Part shown: piece by piece, positions 1 to 18,431 of the stretch
How positions within the stretch are numbered: the first letter of the stretch is position 1
How the letters are laid out: every line of letters begins with the position of its first letter
Assembly (NCBI GenBank): GCA_010909165.1
Contig: MU008167.1
Location: 558,001 to 622,000 of the forward strand
Direction: 5' to 3'
Source: Anthoceros angustus
Taxonomy: Eukaryota; Plantae; Anthocerotophyta
Length of the DNA stretch: 64,000 bases
The notes under the pieces: generated by a model
What the model was told of the DNA's origin: nothing
The model's database searches: none
Seen by the model: only the letters and a program-made list of their open reading frames with translations
Position numbers and translations under genes: made by a program

Positions 1-619
1 GTTGCCACTAGGACAAGAAGGAGCAAGGGGAATATTAATCCCTAGACTAGTAAGCTTCTCCAAATATGTAGGTAAAACTTGTTTCGTTGAAGTGAAATGA
101 TTTTCCAAATTTATGGCTTTCTCCTCTATGGTCCGTGAAAAAACTTCATTTTGTAACCCTTGCTCCACCAACCTTTCCGAGAGTCTTCCAACCTGATCAT
201 CCAAACCTTGCAACTTTTTGGCCATATAACTGTGCATTTCTTCCCTCTGAATAAACTCGAGAATAACCTTCTTGTAGCCTTCTAAACTAGGTGCCAGATC
301 TGCCTTCGACAAGCAACCCACACAAGGAACAGGAATTTGTAAGGCATTGACTTGCAAAAGCAAAGAATCAAACTTGACCTAGAAAGACGCCTCAAAATCT
401 TTAGCTCATGAGCTTGCCGATTCAAGATCCTGTTGCAATTTTCTAATGATAACATCCTAACTATTAAATCTCTTATCTATAGGTTCATCCATTGCGGAAT
501 TGTATTCATCCCCCTCGTCCTCCTGGCCCTCCTCACCCCCTTCGTCCTCCAAGTCTCATGCCTAAGATTGGTGCTTAGCCAAAAGAGACTCATATTTTTC
601 CCTTAAGGAAATATTCTCC

Positions 620-870
620 GCCTCAATATTAAGTATTCTAGTCTCCAATATAGATACCACGTTGTGTTCATATTTCCAATACAGATACCACGTTGTCTTC
701 ATATTTCCAATACAGATACCACGTTGTCTTCATATTTGTTCTCAATACTACGTAATCTAGTCTCCAATACAGATATCGCGTTGTCTTCATATTTGTTCTC
801 AATACTACGTAATCTAGTCTCCAATATTGATACCCTGTTGTCTACATATTTAACTGTTTTACGCTTACGA
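620..870. repeat. Tandem array of related ~30-bp and ~60-bp units (ccaatacagataccacgttgtcttcatattt core)
   Basis: Unit recurs at about 645, 676, 706, 765 and 825; later copies carry an extra gttctcaatactacgtaatctagtct block. Confidence 0.85.
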
Positions 871-918
871 CAATAGAAGCCATAACCTCAAAAAATCAAC
901 AAAAATAAAAATAACTGT

Positions 919-1058
919 GACCTCCTCCACACCACCCACCACAGCCGCCGCACCAAAAACCCTAAATCATGTCCTCACCAAGACCTCCTCCACACCACCC
1001 ATCACAGCCGCCGCACCAAAAACCCTAAATCATGTCCTCACCAAGACCTCCTCCACCC
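919..1058. repeat. 63-bp tandem repeat, ~2.2 copies, each containing aaaccctaaa
   Basis: gacctcctccacaccaccc...atgtcctcaccaa starts at 919 and 982, with a partial third copy at 1045. Confidence 0.9.
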
Positions 1059-1239
1059 CATGCTCACCGCAATATCAACCCCAACGCCCCATGCTCCAGA
1101 GCCACATAGGCCACCACAAAGCAAGCCCTAAATCCTGGGACATGCCCCACCGCACACGGCACCGCACCGCACATTGCAAGAAGGAAGGAAGAATATACGA
1201 TCTGGGATCACTCTAGATCACATTCCGGTGCGCGACTTC

Positions 1240-1445
1240 GACGACCACTTAGAAATATCCAGATCTTCATTGAATACTTCGAAATATCCAGATCTTCGAT
1301 GAAATACTTAGAAATGTCCAGATCTTCGATGAATACTTAGAAATATCCAATCTTGGACGAATACTTAGAAATATCCAGATCTTGGATGAATACTTAAAAT
1401 ATCCTGTTCAAATTCCAGCTTCGGACTTCGATGAATACTTAAAAA
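1240..1445. repeat. Degenerate ~29-bp tandem array (gaaatatccagatcttcgatgaatactta)
   Basis: About 6-7 imperfect copies are visible directly. Confidence 0.85.
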
Positions 1446-1963
1446 GGTCTATAAAGTCTCCAAATTCAGTAAAAAAGAGAAATCGGAGAGATTTGATAAA
1501 CGTATGTAAATGGTGGGCACGCAGGGAGCACTGGATGGTTAGCGCCGCTTTCCATGCAGCCGAAACAAAACCAAAACTACTAAAAACAGTGTATTCCGCT
1601 TTTGGTGGGAGGAAAGATTCCCAATTTCGTTTTGGCCCTCCTCCTCTCGCCAACATTCTTACACATACATTCGGCCCTTCACCAAGACATCCGTCACTTT
1701 GAGACCACATTGTTTCTTCTTCGTCGCAGAGATTGTCGTGACACCGAGGTCATGCAAGACACCGAGCCACGTAATCGAAATGGCATTGGCATTTGGTTCC
1801 CGATTCCCAGCAACCTCCTCTTCAATGGCAGCAATTTTTTATGCCTTCCTCTCAGCGACATCATGATGAGAGGTCTCCATTGCCTTCTGTAGTTCCACAT
1901 AGACCTCCTCCTCCCTTTGGTCCATTGCCTCCACCTCCACCAATGCGAATATCCTAGAAAAAC

Positions 1964-2300
1964 AACGATTGTCTTGTGCTTCAGGCAGCTGTGAGAATCG
2001 AAGAGGAGAAACGGGCATTTGGTGGCGTAAAGGAGAAGATGAAGTCCGCAATAGTGAGGTGGGATGCAATTGCCGCTCATTGTGTGAAGCATGGCACCAA
2101 TGCTTCCCCTAACCAGTGCAGATCCAAGTGGGAGCTGTTACGGCAATAGTGGAAGAAGATTTCTGACTATAGTCGGCATGGAATGCGAAGTGGTCACCCG
2201 GACTATTGGAGAATGACTTCATCAGATAGGAAAGATAAAAAACCTGCCTGTGGACTTCAACCATGAATTGTATGAAACCATTGCGGCCTGGATGGTGGTT
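1964..2300 (+). pseudogene. Myb/SANT-like (trihelix) DNA-binding domain, probably the Harbinger partner gene; disrupted
   Basis: Plus-strand translation LVLQAAVRIEEEK...RWDAIAAHCVKHG...QCRSKWELLRQ*WKKISDY...YWRM...(fs)LPVDFNHELYETIAAW fits the Myb_DNA-bind_4 pattern; one stop and one frameshift. Confidence 0.7.
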
Positions 2301-2304
2301 GTGT

Positions 2305-2881
2305 GGTCAAAGTAGGCTGTTGAGGTCACACCTGGAGGCAATTCTAGCTCACTGTGGGTGACATCAATAGCTCCTCTGCAATTTGGTAATCCACGGTGAT
2401 TCCGGAAACCCATCTCCACCTCACTTGCCTCGACTTCTGTTGGCCACTTCACATGGTGGGCTGCACGAGAGGTGAGTGACCGCACAGACCTCCACACCAC
2501 CTTAGACAAGGTTGACTCAGCTACACCAAACAATTCAGCAACTACTCTGAGAGAATCTTCAGTCCCCATTCTAGTGAGAACCATAGCCACCTGTTTTGCA
2601 ACATACAACTTACGGTTTGGCAAGGTAATGAGACCTGGAGGAGGACGTCTATTCAAGTCAGGAGCAACAACACTACAGATGTAATTGAATGTGGTTGGGG
2701 AGACTTTGATCATCTCTCTCCATCGGTCAGGATCTCCACTTGGAACAATTGTCATGAACCTTGCCCACCAATGAAGTGACCGTGGCTTGATGTAGTACAT
2801 GCCTACCCTTCTCAGAGGCTTCCAAGATAATCGAGTCATGCATACCTGCCCACATTGTGGTGAGGAGGGTGTCCTCCTCAT
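2305..2881 (-). mobile_element. PIF/Harbinger transposase, 3'-truncated
   Basis: WREMIKVSPTTFNYICSVV, VAELFGVAESTLSKVV and GLPNCRGAIDVTH are typical HARBI1/DDE_Tnp_4 N-terminal motifs; similarity stops after the first catalytic D region. Confidence 0.85.
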
Positions 2882-3616
2882 CTGCCATTCTCGTGGAGGA
2901 AGGAGAACACAAACCTACACATTTCGTAGGCAATAAGCTCGCTTGTAGATGTAGCTGCGACGCCGTATGTTGTGCGCTTGGGATTGTGACCACAATGGCC
3001 ATCATAGGTACGAGAATCGGGTGCCCTTGACGATCAGCCATGATCGCGCCAACATCGAAGTACCACTTGTAAAGTGCATCACCGGGAGCAGCGTTTCGTC
3101 CCGGTGAGGGCCCTTAAAATCCGGCACTTTTTGGCCAGGTGCATAGTTTTATGTGAACATGGAAAGTGCCCTAAAACGTATTTGTCCAAATCGGTTTGGG
3201 TACACATGGAAAGCGACCCTTACAGACCTACTACATACAGTCCACCCCCCCCTAATTGGGACGGGTTCGGAGTGCCTTTAGAGGTCCCATTAAGGGAGGT
3301 GTCCCGATTATATTTTCCCTATTTAACAATAATAAAAAATACCCAAAAAAGGAAAAATTAAATTTTGATTGTAAGTTTCACTAAAAATAACTCTTACCAC
3401 TTCTCTATATAGTTGTTTGAAAGCTACCACTCTCTCTAAGCAACATCAAAAAACCTCTACCTATCATAAAGGAAAAAGCTTAGCTTAAGAGTCTTCAATC
3501 ACACCTAAAAGTCTATTGTGCTCTGAAATAATCGATTCTTTTTTCTTTCTTTTTTAAAAATCCCATTTAGGGAGATGAAACTAACATGAATGTATGTTTC
3601 AAAAGGTCCAATTACC

Positions 3617-3745
3617 ATTTAGAGAAAAGTCCCATTTGTTACATTGTAAACTAAAGGGAGTAGAAGAAGAAGAAAAAGAATTTTATTCCCATTTGTTAGA
3701 TTGTAAACTAAAAGGAGTAGAAGAAGAAGAAGAAGAATTTTATTT
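3617..3745. repeat. ~57-bp tandem duplication containing a (GAA)n tract
   Basis: cccatttgtt...gtaaactaaa.ggagtagaagaagaagaa...ttttatt occurs twice. Confidence 0.8.
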
Positions 3746-4415
3746 AAGTCCACTAAGAACGGATTTCCGTCATAGGACTTGGTACTTAATAACTTGTACC
3801 ATGGTGTGCCTAAGCTACTTGCACCAAGGGCATCCACTCCCTTTAATCACGGCGTTCTTATAAATGTGTGGCCATTGGCCTAGGCATAGTAGGATGGGAG
3901 GAGTAGGATGGGAGGTCCCATTTAGAGAGGAATCCCATTTATAGAGTTCCCAATTAGTGGGGGCCGACTGTATGTGTTTAAGACGAGACGGGAGACGAAT
4001 CATGGAGTTTCCAGAAGTCACGTGAAACGCAATGTTTCCCCCTTGCATGCGAAGGCAGGGCGCAGGCTTTGAGATGGCAGATGCGCACAGATAGAGTAGG
4101 ACGAGTACAAGTGGGTGCAAGCTGCTTCTTTCTTGTGCAATTCTGGAAAGCAGTTGTTGCTGCAGCCTGGTGTCTTGAGCCCGTACGCAATGGAAGCTGG
4201 CATTAAGGGGAGTTCAGGGTGCTGTGTTTGCCTCGTGTAGCGGGCTTGGTATTGAGGGGAAGTGGATCGGGGTCAGGGTCTTCTCTTGGCGAATGCGCAG
4301 AGGCGGGAAGGCGGGTGCGAGAAATTGAACTTGTGAGGCGGCTGTATGAGCGGATGCAGATACGGAGGAGCAGGTAGGTCGGGAAGGGAAAGGAATCGAA
4401 GAGAGCTTGTTGAGG

Positions 4416-5757
4416 ATGAACACCATGAGTGCTTGGCCCGGTCAGGGCCAGGGCCAGGGGCATGGCAAGCGGAAGGAGCCGGATGATTTTGTGTCGGACT
4501 TGCTCAGCAGCTTCACGCTCTCCCCGCCTAAACGACCACGTACTGTGAGTGCCAGCTCCAAGCAGACTCTTGCGTCTTGTGCGCTGCCTTGTGGATTCGA
4601 TTAGGGAATTGAGTGCCAACAAGTAAGCAAACAGGAAACAAACAAGCAAACAAGCAGTGTGATTGTTGTTGTGTTGATGCGGTCATGGTTTTTGGCTGCA
4701 GGCGGTGGCAGGGCTTCGGGTGGACGGAGGCCTAGGTCCGGGCGTTCCTGTGGCCTCGGCATTGCTTCCCACGGTGCCTGAGAACGCAGTGGCAGCTCCT
4801 GTGTTTGTGCCAGCGGCAGGGGCACAAGCTGTGCCCGCTTCTCCTCCCTTTGTTCAAGTGCCGGTTCCAGCTCCGACTCCTGCTCCTGCACCACTTTCTG
4901 TTTCGGTTCCTGTTGCTGCTCCTCTTCCTGCTCCCTCGGAGGAGAGGGCTATAGTGCTGTACAGACCGGTGAATCCTCCTCTGTTTCCTGGCGGCCCTCC
5001 GGCAGGATCTTCGGAGCTGCCTATTCAGTTCAACACCAGCTTTATTGCTTCCAAGGGTATCATCGATGGCTGTGCTTCCAGCTGCCTCTCTCCTTTCTCT
5101 GTTTGTAATATGCCTGGGCTGTTGAAAGGTAGCTTAGATTGTTTCTTGTTTTGCATGTAGGGAGTCGGGAGAACGCAAATGTGAACTGCTCTCCTCCCCT
5201 CTCCGCCCTGCTCCTTCTGCGGGTGCTCTTTTCCCGTTCCTCCTTTCCCCTCCTCCTGTCCATCCTCATACTTAACGCTGGCTGGGCGAGCCGGGGTCAT
5301 GTGAATTGAATGTGATGGGTGTGTGCGTACTCTGTAGACCCGTAAGGCTGGGAGATGCTTGTCTTTGGATTTCATACTCATTGTGCGCTTCTTCGTGCGT
5401 GTAGCCTTTGATCTTTCAGGTACAGTGGGCGGGTTACCTCAGCGGCTGTCGAGAGTCTCGTCTAGCTCATCTCTTCCCTACTTGCCCTCTTGCTTCGGCG
5501 GCCAAGCTATGTCCATCGACAGGGACGACAAGGCGGATTCCACCGTAAACAACGACATGGCCGTCATTCCCTGGGTTCCCCTGCAACTTCCTGTTGACAA
5601 CGCGTCTGCTCGGGAGGTGGATATCGACGTGGATTATCAGGAAATTGACTCCATGGATGTTGCCATGGAGGAGGCTCCAAATTATTCGGATGCTGGATTT
5701 AACCTTTCCTTTGGCAGTGTTCTTCATCCACAAGTTTACGGATCGTCAGATTCGTGA
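4416..5757 (+). CDS. Conserved plant protein of unknown function (At5g35320-like), 3 exons
   Basis: Exons 4416(or 4425)-4544, 4702-5056 and 5420-5757 splice in frame at GT-AG. Family motifs KRK...SFTLSPPKRPR, EERAIVLYRPVNP and MAVIPWVP are present. Confidence 0.75.
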
Positions 5758-6117
5758 CCTGAGAGGTGTTAATTGCTCGCGAATTTGTAGAATCTGTGTA
5801 TATGAGACTCAATTTTGAACAAAAACAATTTTCGGACCGACATAGCTGTTGCCTACTTTCTAACCTTCTACCTACAGCTTACATCGCGATTATCTACAAT
5901 CTCATGTGGCTTTGACAGTTTCATCCGTGAAGAGCGCATTAGACCTCAATCCCATATGAATAAATCAAATAAGGGAAGATATAGATACATCTCGGACATT
6001 TAATCGATAGTAAGGTTCTACTTACTGTGATTAATAGACAGGACAGACAAAAAAGTATTATCACTCTGCATTCAAACTACAACTCAAAATTTACTCATCC
6101 CAGCCGATCAATGTTCA

Positions 6118-13691
<7,574 letters not shown>

Positions 13692-14693
13692 GGCCACGCC
13701 CTCTCCCTCCTCCCCGTCCTCGGCCGCCGCCGCTGCAGCCCCCCCTCCTACTCCGGTTCCTACTCCTGCTCCTGCGGCCTGAGCCTCAGCGGCACCTCCC
13801 GCTACACCCGGAATTCTGCACATAAGCAAGCCTACGATTCCCGCAGGCAGCGATCTAGCGGCCCGGAACTGTTGCAGCCGCTACCATCGCCGCAGGCGCA
13901 TGCGGTGCGGCATCTGGCTGCTGCCGGCGATGGAGCTCGAGCCGGCCACCCGCGCCGCGCCGGAATGACGACGCTAAGTGACCAGAGAGCGCGCAACAAT
14001 CCGCTTGCTGCGCGTCTGCTGCTGCTGCTGCTCCTCTTGTTGCGTGTGTGCCAAATGTTCCAAAGGCTGAGGGGAAAAGGGAACGCCACAGCAAGGCCAA
14101 GCCAGGACGGGCAGGTTCATCTCAGACGCCTCGCCATTTACTAATTATTATAAGATCGTCACACTGGAAATGAACGAAATTTGCAAACCTTTTGCGTTAT
14201 TTATCTGCGGATTTTTTCTAGGTCTTTCCCATTGACCAGTGGAGTAAGTGTCGTTAAATCTCAAGATTTATTTTCAAAAGAAATCCCTACACACCTATAT
14301 TACAACCCCCGAAAACAATAAGGATCGAGGTAGACAATTTTATCCTTATTTAATCTTATGATATTTTTAAACAAGGATAAAATAAAATACAACACACATA
14401 TATATAAGAGCTTTTTTTTCAATAGCGTCACCAATGAGTTCTGCACGGGGACTTGTGCGAACGAACGTCGCTGGCTATATGGCTATTGATGCAATGTGTC
14501 AACCAGGTCACCAAGGTGTGCCCTCAACCAAAGCATGGCCACGTCAGAAGGAAGGAATACATAGAATAGATTAGCCATATCACAGGGCACAAGAGACTAA
14601 GCGACATCTCAACGCGAGGCCTCCAATCTTAGATTGGACAAGCTAAGTAGCAAACTACTAGAGACGAATCTGCGTTGGATCTCCAAAGGCTTG

Positions 14694-15254
14694 TGTCATG
14701 GCAAGACGGGTGCTGATACATATGATGTCTGTAAGTACATGCGGATGATTGTGAGCGTATGCTCATATGCATGGGCATGGGGGGTGATGGGCATGCACAG
14801 ACTCACACCCGCCATGAACGGGCATAGCGGCAGTCAGGTTTGAGGAGCCGGACTGTGATCACGGCGGAGTTATGGCTTCCGCCGAGAACACCGATGGAGT
14901 CATGCGCCCTAAGCAAGTTGCCCGTGACTGGCGTATGCGACGCCGAGCGGAAGGGGATAAAAGGGACAGCAATCCGGAAGAAATGATTCTTGATGTTTTG
15001 TAAACGGATGACAGCCACTCCCATGTGGGCGGTGAATGTAGGGCTTTGGGAGTGAGAAGGGATAGCGGTGAGAAGGTTTTTTGACGGCTATTGCGCAGAT
15101 GTGTGTTGTGAGTCTGGCCGAATGAGTTTTGCACATCAGCAATCCTCTTCTTTGTTCTCTGGAGCTCCACATTGCAACCGCCAACGTCGTGAGGCACGCG
15201 GAGCGCCCAAGCACCACAAGCAACGTAGCCAAAGGGGCCCACGGATGCCAGACA
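14694..15254 (+). repeat. 5' LTR of the DNMT-gypsy element
   Basis: Begins tgtcatggcaag and ends gccagaca; the first ~440 bp align with 26000-26440. A TGGTGGA PBS-like motif follows at 15266. Confidence 0.8.
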
Positions 15255-15499
15255 AGATAAGTAGATGGTGGACCGTAAGGAGAATACTGTGGACTTTTCC
15301 TTGCTGTTTTATGCTGATCATTCCATCGCTGAGTTGGCCGCTTTGGCAGAACTAGAGCCTGCCTATCTATGGCGAAGATTGTGGGAGGAGGTGATTGATA
15401 AGTTGGCCTGGCTAGCGGATTGGACCAGTGAAGGGACCAATACTGACTTTGACACAATGCCGTACATAGTGTCACGCAGGGGGCGGGATTGATGCGGTG

Positions 15500-16700
15500 A
15501 TGGTGCTCCTGCGCTCAGGTTGGACGAACGAGAGTACTCCGGTGCAGGAAGCTCGTAGCCCCGTCGTCCAACACCCTCCAGCGCGCAGGAGCGGTGGACA
15601 ATTTGAGTGGAATCAGAGTCCTATTCGCACCATAGCATTCGAAGAAAACGGAGGTGAGGTCAGAATGGAGTATGAACCAGCACCAAGCAAGAATGACGTG
15701 TTCACAGGTCGGCACGGCAGCATGTCGCTTGCTGATTTTGAAGAAAAATTCAGATGGGCCATTGATGAGATGGTGCTCAAGTACAAGTCGGAGTTTACCC
15801 CGGAGATGGCTTTGAGGAAGATGAGCACGTTCCTGGCCGGAGAAGCCCTTACATGTTATCGTGATTGCAAGGATCAAATTTTGCAAGATGCCCGATCCTT
15901 GGCACGGACAGACAGAGCAAAAAGGACTTTGAAAGGAGACGAAGAGGGAACATCGTCCAGTGCAACCCAAGCAGCTGCCATCACATTTCTAGTGGATGAA
16001 ATGTTCAGCAGGTTTGCGAAGATGTTCCCGGTGTCCTCTATCGAAAAGATCCAGGAACTGTCTAGGTTCACCATCAAGCCCAATGAGCCTCTTAGATCAG
16101 CATATTTGAGGCTAAGACAGCTGGTGAAAGACACACGAGTGAAGACCATGCGGGAGGCCGCACAGATTTACATAGCCGCTCTTCCAGGGAGACAGAGAAG
16201 GGTAATTGCCAACTTCCTACACATGCTACATGGCGCAGACTATGAGCTGGAGCAGGCTTATGAAATGGCGGAGAGAGTCATGAGAGGAGATGCTGTGACC
16301 AGTGCGTATTGGGAGGAACACAACCTCGTCAAAGGGCAGCAGCACAATACGCAATCGCAAAGAGCACAAGGGAGGAGTTCCCATCGTGACCAGACACAAG
16401 GGAACGTTGTGCGAAGGCACTCACCTGCCAAGGAGCGCTCGGCCAATAGTGCAATCGGTGCCAAGGCGCGTTAAACAAGGTGTGGGTTCTCACAAAGCCT
16501 TTGAATGCGAGTTTCGCGTCGGCGGGGCTAAGGAAAAGGAGGTGTGTAGGACCTGCGCCAAGACGGGCCATACAGAGGCAGCATGTTGGCAAGCACACCC
16601 CGAGTTCAGGCCCAAAGGGGTTGGAGAACGAGTGGGCGACAAACTGAAGCCAACCACGGGTTACACACGAAAGGCGCTTCTAAGTGAGGTACATCGGTTG
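15500..16700 (+). CDS. gag-like ORF with CCHC zinc knuckle (frameshifted near 16470)
   Basis: 325-aa ORF 15497-16474, then CRTCAKTGHTEAAC (CX2CX4HX4C) in the overlapping 16302 frame; cut at the inversion breakpoint. Confidence 0.8.
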
Positions 16701-18064
16701 AGTTTGTGTCTTCTTCGGAACACAGGTTCATTGGTGGTGGTTGTGATCTTGAACTTGATACGGTCATACCGCCCTAGTTCGGCCCAACTGAACGCGAAAG
16801 TACCACGATTTTTGAATAACATGTCTCGAATCCTCTGTCGCTCAGCTGGTTGCAAATCTTCACATATCTGCCAATCATCGACCGCATTCTCATAGTTCCT
16901 TTCTCGTGGCAAAGTAGCAGAGGCTGCTGTATTGGCGGCCTGTTCTTGTTTCTCCGACGCGGAGGTAAGTTCACTTTCACAGATCACAAAACGCCCATCC
17001 CCATTCTCACGGCTCATGGCTATCTGTATCGCCAAACCTGCAGTGATCAACCATTGCATGCAGGTCATGTCAAAAGCTTGTCCGATCAACCTGCATCGGG
17101 CCGATTCCGACACACCAGGTGTGCAAGTGCCATCTGTATCAAATCCCATGGCACGTTCTCGCTCTGTTATCGTTGGCTCCCCTACTTCATTTCCCTTTGT
17201 GTCCAGCACCATGCCTTCTCCCCCTTTCCTAAACGCATAGGATTGCACGGTCTTGACGAGTGTGGGCCACGCCCTTCTCGGCTTTCCCACCTCGTTCACT
17301 GGATAATGGGGTACCTTATCTCCCTTGCGTACCGCTTGTGGCCTTCGTCCTGGACCCAGAATGTCCTTTACATAGCGCGACGCGGGCACCGTCAACCGCC
17401 GGTGATGCCTCAGGGATGTCACACTGCCAACATTGGTCCAGAAGCTTCGCACTCGATGTGCATATGAACCGGTCTGCACGGCGTCCACAATGAATTCTTC
17501 TCCCAGCCAGTCTCTGAGTTGCCCGTATTGTTTCCGGACGTCTTCACGTCTATCGAATGCACCACACACGTTTTCGAGTAGGTACCAACAGGAAGGGTTG
17601 GTCGTTTGCACTTCCCTCAGAATCCGGATGACTTCCGATGCCAATTCCAGGCCATCGCCTGAGCCACGGCCAGCTCTGGAAAAGTTCCTGCATTCCCAAC
17701 CTGCAACCAACATATCTACCTTGCATCCAAGGGCATCAATTTGGCGCTTTCCCACTAACAAGATGTCTGCAGGCAACCGGCTTTGGCATCCCTTGATCGC
17801 TTCTCTACTAATCATCGCGGCGTGTTCCCTTTGCATCCGCATAATTCTAGTCCTGGCCACCGCACGCGCCCTTTCATCCAGTTCGACACATGTGTATTTC
17901 TTTATCCGAATGCCGCTTCTCAACACCGCCTCCAACCCACTGCTGATCCCGGAGCACAGTTCCATGAGATGAATGCCCCGTCCTCCCACCTTCCATCGGA
18001 TCACCTTGTTGTTGACCCACTTGGCGGATTCAAAACTAGCTTTGTGAGGCCTGTTTTCAGGCAC
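16701..18064 (-). CDS. DNMT3-like C5 cytosine DNA methyltransferase (core ~17048-17974) fused in frame to the N-terminus of RT; part of pol, now inverted
   Basis: All main motifs are in order: I LMELCSGISSG, II YTCVELDE, III PADI, IV MLVAGWECRNFS (catalytic Cys kept), VI YLLENV, VIII HRVRSFWTN, IX EPTITERERAMGF, X RLIGQAFD. The ORF then runs into WQICEDL...FAFSWAELG...EPVFRRRHKL, the gypsy pre-RT region. Confidence 0.93.
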
Positions 18065-18249
18065 TCACGGGTTAAGGAACACTCCTGAACTACTCTCTGC
18101 CGGAGATGTTCCCGTGTTAGCGCTTGAGTCAATTGCCTTGTGCTCCTGACATACAAGCAAGCATCCGCCTCTTAGTCCGAATTTCCTCCCTTGTTAGTTC
18201 TTGGTTTCTTCCCACACCTCATACATGAACACTTCCCGCTCACACGCGG

Positions 18250-18431
18250 TCACGTGTCACCTGTTCTCCCAGTTCTCCTCATACTAAGCGGGATTCGGGC
18301 CATGTGTGAGAAGTCCCGTCTCGCCATCGTGTCAGAATGCCACCGAGTGCGTGGATCTACTCCCATTCTTTGGTCCATGTGTGGCGTCGGCCAAAGCAGC
18401 ACATCATAGTTCCTTGCATTGGACACCAAGC
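18250..18431 (-). pseudogene. C-terminal half of the gypsy aspartic protease
   Basis: CLVSNARNYDVLL continues the frame LEVHC from 20921 once the TIR insert and one AAGC copy are removed. Confidence 0.75.

Noticed and set aside
1-560. Possible minus-strand coiled-coil or gag-like coding remnant
   Set aside because: Multiple stops and no recognisable motif; cannot be assigned.
955-1032. aaaccctaaa as interstitial telomeric repeat
   Set aside because: Only one heptamer per 63-bp unit; not a telomere array.
16661-18064. Host DRM/DNMT3 gene or bacterial restriction-modification methylase
   Set aside because: Intronless, fused in frame to retrotransposon RT sequence, enclosed by LTRs with a TSD; no UBA/PWWP domains and no restriction enzyme nearby.
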